Part shown: positions 58,999 through 64,000 of the stretch, one piece after another
How the letters are laid out: each line of letters begins with the position of its first letter
How positions within the stretch are numbered: position 1 is the stretch's first letter
Virus record (IMG/VR): IMGVR_UViG_3300044734_000006
Location: 1-64,000 of that record
Strand: one strand, 5' to 3'
From: a virus
DNA length: 64,000 nt
Position numbers and translations under genes: made by a program
Notes under the pieces: generated by a model
The model's input: the letters and a program-made list of their open reading frames with translations, nothing else
Databases searched by the model: none
What the model was told of the DNA's origin: nothing

Positions 58999-59132
58999 CT
59001 CTCCTTGGTCCCCAGTATCCAAAGGATACGGCTGGAGCCAACCTACGGGGATGCGGCGTCCACGGCTGCGACGGCCTTCGCCGCGCTGATGCCCTGCACG
59101 GAACTAGATCGTACCGCAGTCGGTGGGCTGGG

Positions 59133-59456
59133 CTAGAGAGCGGCCTCGCGGAGCAATCGCCACTCGCAGTCAGGCTCATGGTCAGCCAGCGTGGCCGGAT
59201 CGCTCTTGTGGCAGTAGGCGCACCAGTTGAACTCGATCGCCTCGACCATGGGCGCGTCTAGGTTGCGGACCGTGGCGACCAGCGCCTCCAGCAGTGCCAT
59301 CCTCTCGGCATCCGGCCACGGCGCGATCTCATCGTTGGCCGTCCATTCCTCGTCGCCACCGATCAGAGCGATGTGACCACCGATGTGAGCGTCGGCGCAT
59401 AGCCGCAAGTACGCCGCCCGCACAGCCACCACGTTCCCCGGCTTGTAGCCGCTCAT
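59133..59456 (-). CDS. Hypothetical protein
   Basis: ATGA overlap; CAYC..HEPDC motif. Confidence 0.6.
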   Translation of the reverse strand: MSGYKPGNVVAVRAAYLRLCADAHIGGHIALIGGDEEWTANDEIAPWPDAERMALLEALVATVRNLDAPMVEAIEFNWCAYCHKSDPATLADHEPDCEWRLLREAAL

Positions 59457-59653
59457 GGCTGGGCATGGTAGCGCGGATCGATCTCAGCCTTGCGTCGCCG
59501 TAGGTCCATGATTCCGCATGCCTTGGAGCAGAACAGAGCGTCAGAGCGCTTCGGCAGGAACCATACTCCGCAGCGAGGGTTGTGGCACTGCGTGAGGCCG
59601 TCTGGCAAGGCTCGGACGATGACGCGTGACGCGGTCTTGCGTGTTCCGCTCAC
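59453..59653 (-). CDS. Small zinc-finger protein (CGNR-like)
   Basis: CHNPRCGVWFLPKRSDALFCSKAC. Confidence 0.6.
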   Translation of the reverse strand: MSGTRKTASRVIVRALPDGLTQCHNPRCGVWFLPKRSDALFCSKACGIMDLRRRKAEIDPRYHAQP

Positions 59654-60585
59654 CGAGTGCTCGCAGTATGCAGGCGGTAGTCCTTCTCCACGCGGCCGTT
59701 CTGTGCGTCGCCTCGGGCATGCTGCGGTACCCAGAACTTGCCCTCCAGCTTCCCGAACAGGAGGCCACGTCCGTACTTGGGGCCGTAGTGATGGAAGGAG
59801 CCGCGAACGCTGGTGAGTGGTATGCCCCCGCTCTGGTTCCCTGCGCCCCCGCGGGTCGATCGTCCAACGGGGAACACGTTGAGCGTTTTCACGGTCACGC
59901 CTGCCGCGGCGAGGCGACGGCGCTCTGCACGCGGACGCTGAGGCTCTTCGAGTTCCACGTTGCGGCACGAGAGGAAGTTCAGGGTGCCGAGCAATACGAG
60001 CAACGTTCGGTCTTGGCTGATGACATAGTCGTCACCAAGATCAGGCAGGGTACGCCCCCACAGATATCCGCCTTGAATATTGGCGGGAGATCCGTCCTCG
60101 TAGATGTAGATTTCCCAACCGTGACACGGTCCCATGGTAGGGAGCGATGGGCCACTGAGCCATGCGATCGCATGCATGCTCCAACGCACCCGGTCCCAGT
60201 CGATGGTTCCTGTGGGGTTCGATGGCAGGAAAGTGCGGCTCTTGGTGGGGCTCAGGGATCGCTCTATGGGCAAGGTGTCCGTGGCCTCCGAAGCAACCAT
60301 GTGAAGCACACAGACGCAACCTTGTCGGTCCACGTAACCGATGGCTGCCTCGCCGAATGGTGGCGCGATGCACGGATAGTCCCCGTAAACTGTGGTCGCC
60401 CGAGCGGACTGTGGGATGGATCGGTAGATCTCGGTAGCGTCGATCACTGTTGGGGATGAGCCAGAGATCAACCGCAGGGCTCCCGCCGCAGAACCTTTCG
60501 TGTGCTCCGTTTCGGGAAGTTCGAGAAGACGAACGCGACCTGAGCGAAGATCGCTAACGACCTTGGCGATGGGTTCGGCGGTCAT
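59650..60585 (-). CDS. Hypothetical phage protein
   Basis: TATCAT-6-ATG start; C-terminal VRG.F....WV..H.RG motif. Confidence 0.7.
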   Translation of the reverse strand: MTAEPIAKVVSDLRSGRVRLLELPETEHTKGSAAGALRLISGSSPTVIDATEIYRSIPQSARATTVYGDYPCIAPPFGEAAIGYVDRQGCVCVLHMVASEATDTLPIERSLSPTKSRTFLPSNPTGTIDWDRVRWSMHAIAWLSGPSLPTMGPCHGWEIYIYEDGSPANIQGGYLWGRTLPDLGDDYVISQDRTLLVLLGTLNFLSCRNVELEEPQRPRAERRRLAAAGVTVKTLNVFPVGRSTRGGAGNQSGGIPLTSVRGSFHHYGPKYGRGLLFGKLEGKFWVPQHARGDAQNGRVEKDYRLHTASTR

Positions 60586-60771
60586 GCGAGCATGATACCG
60601 CACCCGAGTTGCGATCGGCAACATGCGGCGACGTGACCGCGGTGACCACCGCCTGACGCAGCGGGTAGGCGCGGGCAAACCCACAGGCACGGCGATCCTG
60701 CGCCCGTGGCGACCGATACCAAGACCACCGAGGCCGACGCACAGGTCGTAGAGCACGTCCACGCCGTCGAG

Positions 60772-61260
60772 CTACGTCTGCCTACTCCGTCGTCGAGCCT
60801 TGGCGCGGCAGATGCGGCACTGCCGGGCGCCTCGTGGGTCCACGTAGGTGGTCGCCTCGTTGAAGGGATGGCCATGGACGCACTGGGTCCTCTGGGAGTT
60901 CCAAGGTCGCTCCGGCGCCCGACGGGCGTTTTCCACCGCGGAGCACACGTCGAGGTGCTCTGGTCGGCAGCAGAGGGTGGTCCTGCAGAGGTGGTCCACG
61001 GTCATTCCTTCGGGGATCTGGCCGCGGAACAGTTCGTAGGCCAGACGGTGGATGTACATCCTTTTTCCGCCGTCGGTGATCACGCCGTAGACGTTCCGCC
61101 TTCCCTTCCTCACGTCCACGCTTCCGGTCCAACCCCAGCAGTCGTCTCCGATCACCAAGCTGATCACGAACCGTTCTATGAGTGGACGCCTTTGGCCAGC
61201 ATCAACGCGGCGCGGACTTATGGCTGGTAACACCGTGGACGACAAGGCTATCTCCCACAC
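60772..61260 (-). CDS. HNH homing endonuclease (start uncertain)
   Basis: CWGWTG..YG..HRLAYEL..G.IPEG..VDHLC...C.RPEHL..EN; C..GH.F...RQCRIC. Confidence 0.9.
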   Translation of the reverse strand: MWEIALSSTVLPAISPRRVDAGQRRPLIERFVISLVIGDDCWGWTGSVDVRKGRRNVYGVITDGGKRMYIHRLAYELFRGQIPEGMTVDHLCRTTLCCRPEHLDVCSAVENARRAPERPWNSQRTQCVHGHPFNEATTYVDPRGARQCRICRAKARRRSRQT

Positions 61261-62914
61261 TCACGTGAAGGCCGGTGGTGGCAAGTATGACCACTCCCAC
61301 GCAATCACGGGCACGAAGGCACACGGTCACGCCGTAGACGCGAAGGACAACGGCTCCACGACCGAACTCCTGCCCACCGTGGCGGCGATGAGCGAGACCT
61401 CGCCCGGGGTGATGGCGCTGCGGTTCCCCCAGCAGGCCAAGCTCTCCGAAGGCGCGCCGATTGACTACATGTGCACGGGGGAATGGACGTTCCCGGCGCT
61501 GAACGGCGGACGGCCGATCTCGGTGACACGCGACGACCTCGCCGACGTGAAGCGGCTGTGGGATGAGAACGCTTACGGCCAGCGCCTACCGATCATCGAT
61601 GAGACCCACGACAAGGACCGAGCCGTGGGCTGGATGAAGTCGCTGGACTGGCACCCGACCGATCCTGACCGTCTCGTGGCAGTCCCGGAGTGGAACGAAG
61701 GCACGAACAGGCTGGTCGCGGACGGCAGTTACGGCTACACGTCCCCCGTCCTGCTACTGAACTGGCGCGACCCGGTGTCCGGCACGGTGTACCCCGTCGT
61801 CCCCGGCGGGCTCGGACTGGATCCGAACGACCCCGAGGGCGACACCAGCGGACTAGCGCTGACGAACCACCCGAAGATCAAGAAGCTGTCCGCCAAGTTC
61901 GCAGCCTCCGAGAGCGGTGACACGCAGGCTGCACTGATCGCCTTTGGCGAGGCAGGCACGGTGTTCAGCGGCGTTGCGGCAGACACCGCCCGCGCACTGC
62001 TGGCCGAAGGTGATGGCGCGCCGATCGACTTCGCTTCGGCCGACGCCTCCGCGGACATGACCGATCTGCCGCCGTGCAGTTGGGCGCCGCCCTATGCCGA
62101 GTACAACCGCTGTCCGGGATACACGCGGGTGCTCGCAGATGGTGACGGCGACGCTCCCGGCGACATGCCCGGATGCTGCCGACTGGCGGCGCAGTGCAAT
62201 GGCTACTCCCCGGTCCCGACGGGGACTGTTCCACCGTATCAGCGCTCCTACTACAGCGAGGGACACAGCATGGCCGACAACCCGGCCCAGCCGGCCGGAG
62301 TGCCGGCCGCCAATCCGTCTCCGGTACCCAACGCGCCGCAGACCGCCCCGCCCGCGGCCCCGCAGCCGCCTCCTGCACCACCGCCCCCTGCTCCGACACA
62401 GTCCGCCCAGCACTCCGCGGACATGGGGGAGATGCAGCGCATGCTCGCCGCAGAGACCCACCAGCGCGAGACGATGCAGACCGAGGTCGCACGGCTCGGC
62501 GAGGAGCTGAGGCGCCGCGATGAGGACGACAAGATCCGCGGCGTCGTGGTCCGGCTGTCCGAGCTCGCGAAGCGCTTTCCCCCAGCGGTGCTCGACAGCC
62601 TCGCCGGAGCCGCAAAGAACGGTGTTCGCGACCGCACCCGCCTGCTCAGGCTGAGCGAGCATCCGGTGGGGATCGAGGCGCTCGAGGCCATCCCCCAGGT
62701 GAAGGGTGGTGCGGTGTCGCTGAGCGAGATCGGCACTGGCGCAGAGGCCGACCCCGAGACCTCCTACTCGCGGCTGCGGAAGTTCGCCGAGGAGTTGCGG
62801 ACGGCTGACCCGAGGCTCACCCGCGAGCAGGCGATGCTCAAGGCGAGCGAGGACCACCCTGACCTCGTCGCTGCGTACCGCGCCGAGAAGTATGTGCCCG
62901 GCGCGGCTGGCTGA
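61220..62914 (+). CDS. Mu gpI-like prohead protease fused to scaffold (internal start at 62270)
   Basis: IDETH...AVGW, EWN...YGYTSP, ALTNHPKIK; Pro-rich linker then coiled coil. Confidence 0.85.
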   Translation: MAGNTVDDKAISHTHVKAGGGKYDHSHAITGTKAHGHAVDAKDNGSTTELLPTVAAMSETSPGVMALRFPQQAKLSEGAPIDYMCTGEWTFPALNGGRPISVTRDDLADVKRLWDENAYGQRLPIIDETHDKDRAVGWMKSLDWHPTDPDRLVAVPEWNEGTNRLVADGSYGYTSPVLLLNWRDPVSGTVYPVVPGGLGLDPNDPEGDTSGLALTNHPKIKKLSAKFAASESGDTQAALIAFGEAGTVFSGVAADTARALLAEGDGAPIDFASADASADMTDLPPCSWAPPYAEYNRCPGYTRVLADGDGDAPGDMPGCCRLAAQCNGYSPVPTGTVPPYQRSYYSEGHSMADNPAQPAGVPAANPSPVPNAPQTAPPAAPQPPPAPPPPAPTQSAQHSADMGEMQRMLAAETHQRETMQTEVARLGEELRRRDEDDKIRGVVVRLSELAKRFPPAVLDSLAGAAKNGVRDRTRLLRLSEHPVGIEALEAIPQVKGGAVSLSEIGTGAEADPETSYSRLRKFAEELRTADPRLTREQAMLKASEDHPDLVAAYRAEKYVPGAAG

Positions 62915-62925
62915 GGAGATAGGAC

Positions 62926-63294
62926 GTGGCGTACGATTTGCAAGGCGCAGGGGGGATCATGTCCCTCCTCGCCCTCGCGGACATGACCGGGTCGCAGTAC
63001 CTCGCCGTTGCGGGCGACGTGGCATCGGGAGCCGTGGTGGTGAACACCTCCGCAGGCAGCCGCTCGCTCGGCGTGTTGCAGAACAACCCCCGCCTCGGAC
63101 AGCCGTGTGCGATCTGGAGGGGGTCGAGCATCACGAAGTGGGTCGCGGGAGCCACCATCGCACAGTTCGCTGTGGTGACGACCGACACCGCAGGAAAGGC
63201 CAAGACTGCCACTGGCGGTGACATCGTCCATGGGGTAGCGCTGGAAGCAGGCGTCACAGGCGCGCTCGTGACCGTGGCGCTGGGAGGCATCTGA
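62926..63294 (+). CDS. Capsid decoration/cement protein (DUF2190-like)
   Basis: Small Gly/Ala-rich protein between protease and capsid; GVLQN.P, G.ALEA..G. Confidence 0.75.
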   Translation: MAYDLQGAGGIMSLLALADMTGSQYLAVAGDVASGAVVVNTSAGSRSLGVLQNNPRLGQPCAIWRGSSITKWVAGATIAQFAVVTTDTAGKAKTATGGDIVHGVALEAGVTGALVTVALGGI

Positions 63295-63295
63295 C

Positions 63296-64000
63296 ATGCA
63301 GCCAACCCCGAACAGCGTCTACGTCGATCCGCTGCTAAGCGATATGGCCGTCGCGTTCATGCAGGACGCGACATCATTCATCAGCGATCAGGTCTTCCCG
63401 ACCGTCCCGGTCCAGTACCAGACTGGCAAGTACGACTACTACGACCGCGGCGCGTGGTACAGCATCCGTGCCAAGCCGCGCGCTCCCGGAGAGGAATCGG
63501 CGGGTGGTGGGTACACCCTGCAGCAGAAGACCTACGCGGTCATCCCCTACGCGGTGCACTCCGACCTCGACGCGCAGACCGCAGCGAACGCCATGCCGCC
63601 CGAGGACCCGCGACGGAACAAGACCCGCTGGTGCACCATGCAGTTGCTCCTGCTCAAGGAGAAGCTCTGGGCCGACGGGTTTTTCAAGGCGGGCGTGTGG
63701 ACCACTGACATGACCGGCGTCACCGGAACGTCGCCTACCTCCGTGCAGTTCACGCAGTGGAGCAACCACACGTCCAGCACTCCGATTGAGGACGTCGAGG
63801 CCCAGGTCACGGCCATGGAGCAACTGACCGGCTTCTCGCCCAACACCTTGGTCATCGGGCGGTCGACGTGGGCGGGGCTGAAGAACCACCCGCAGCTCGT
63901 CGATAGGATCAAGTACACGCAGCGCGGCATCATGACCGAGGATCTGCTCGCCGCGGTCCTGGGGCTGGACAAGGTGCTCGTCAGCAGGGCGACCATCGAC
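63296..64000 (+). CDS. Major capsid protein (lambda gpE-like), runs off the window
   Basis: Manual translation: MQPTPNSVYVDPLLSDMAVAFMQ...FISDQVFPTVPV...STPIEDV...GFSPNTLVIG..W..LKNHP. Confidence 0.9.
   Translation, partial: MQPTPNSVYVDPLLSDMAVAFMQDATSFISDQVFPTVPVQYQTGKYDYYDRGAWYSIRAKPRAPGEESAGGGYTLQQKTYAVIPYAVHSDLDAQTAANAMPPEDPRRNKTRWCTMQLLLLKEKLWADGFFKAGVWTTDMTGVTGTSPTSVQFTQWSNHTSSTPIEDVEAQVTAMEQLTGFSPNTLVIGRSTWAGLKNHPQLVDRIKYTQRGIMTEDLLAAVLGLDKVLVSRATID

Larger units (their letters stand above)
1..64000. mobile_element. Temperate tailed phage / prophage (Caudoviricetes), partial
   Basis: Integrase, replication initiator + DnaB, terminase, portal, gpF-like head protein, prohead protease, decoration protein and major capsid in one dense, mosaic gene array; no host housekeeping operon seen. 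Confidence 0.95.

Overview
GC-rich 64-kb stretch of one large temperate tailed-phage (prophage) genome, cut off at both ends. It starts inside a tyrosine integrase (minus strand, missing from the ORF track) and ends inside the major capsid gene (also missing from the track). In order it contains: (1) a lambdoid replication module (HTH initiator with internal iterons, DnaB); (2) a long leftward accessory operon with an orphan VirD4-type coupling protein, a trypsin-like protease, an RNA ligase and a 1415-aa protein carrying a crippled intein; (3) many small genes, including an MT-A70 methylase, a bL12 C-terminal domain fusion and DUF262; (4) two further FtsK/HerA-superfamily ATPases and a ParB-like protein; (5) a split large terminase, Mu-like portal and gpF; (6) a glycosyltransferase/epimerase/methylase cluster; and (7) a Mu-like protease/scaffold, a decoration protein and the capsid. 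Many genes have leaderless TANNNT-N6/7-ATG promoters, which suggests (inference) an Actinomycetota- or Chloroflexota-like host. The best candidate for an undescribed system is the relaxase-free coupling-protein operon. Its co-transcribed proteins end in similar disordered tails (two unrelated ones in -GRSL-stop) that resemble type IV secretion signals, so it may be a phage-borne protein-export/effector module. All family assignments are from motif recognition by eye; no searches were run.
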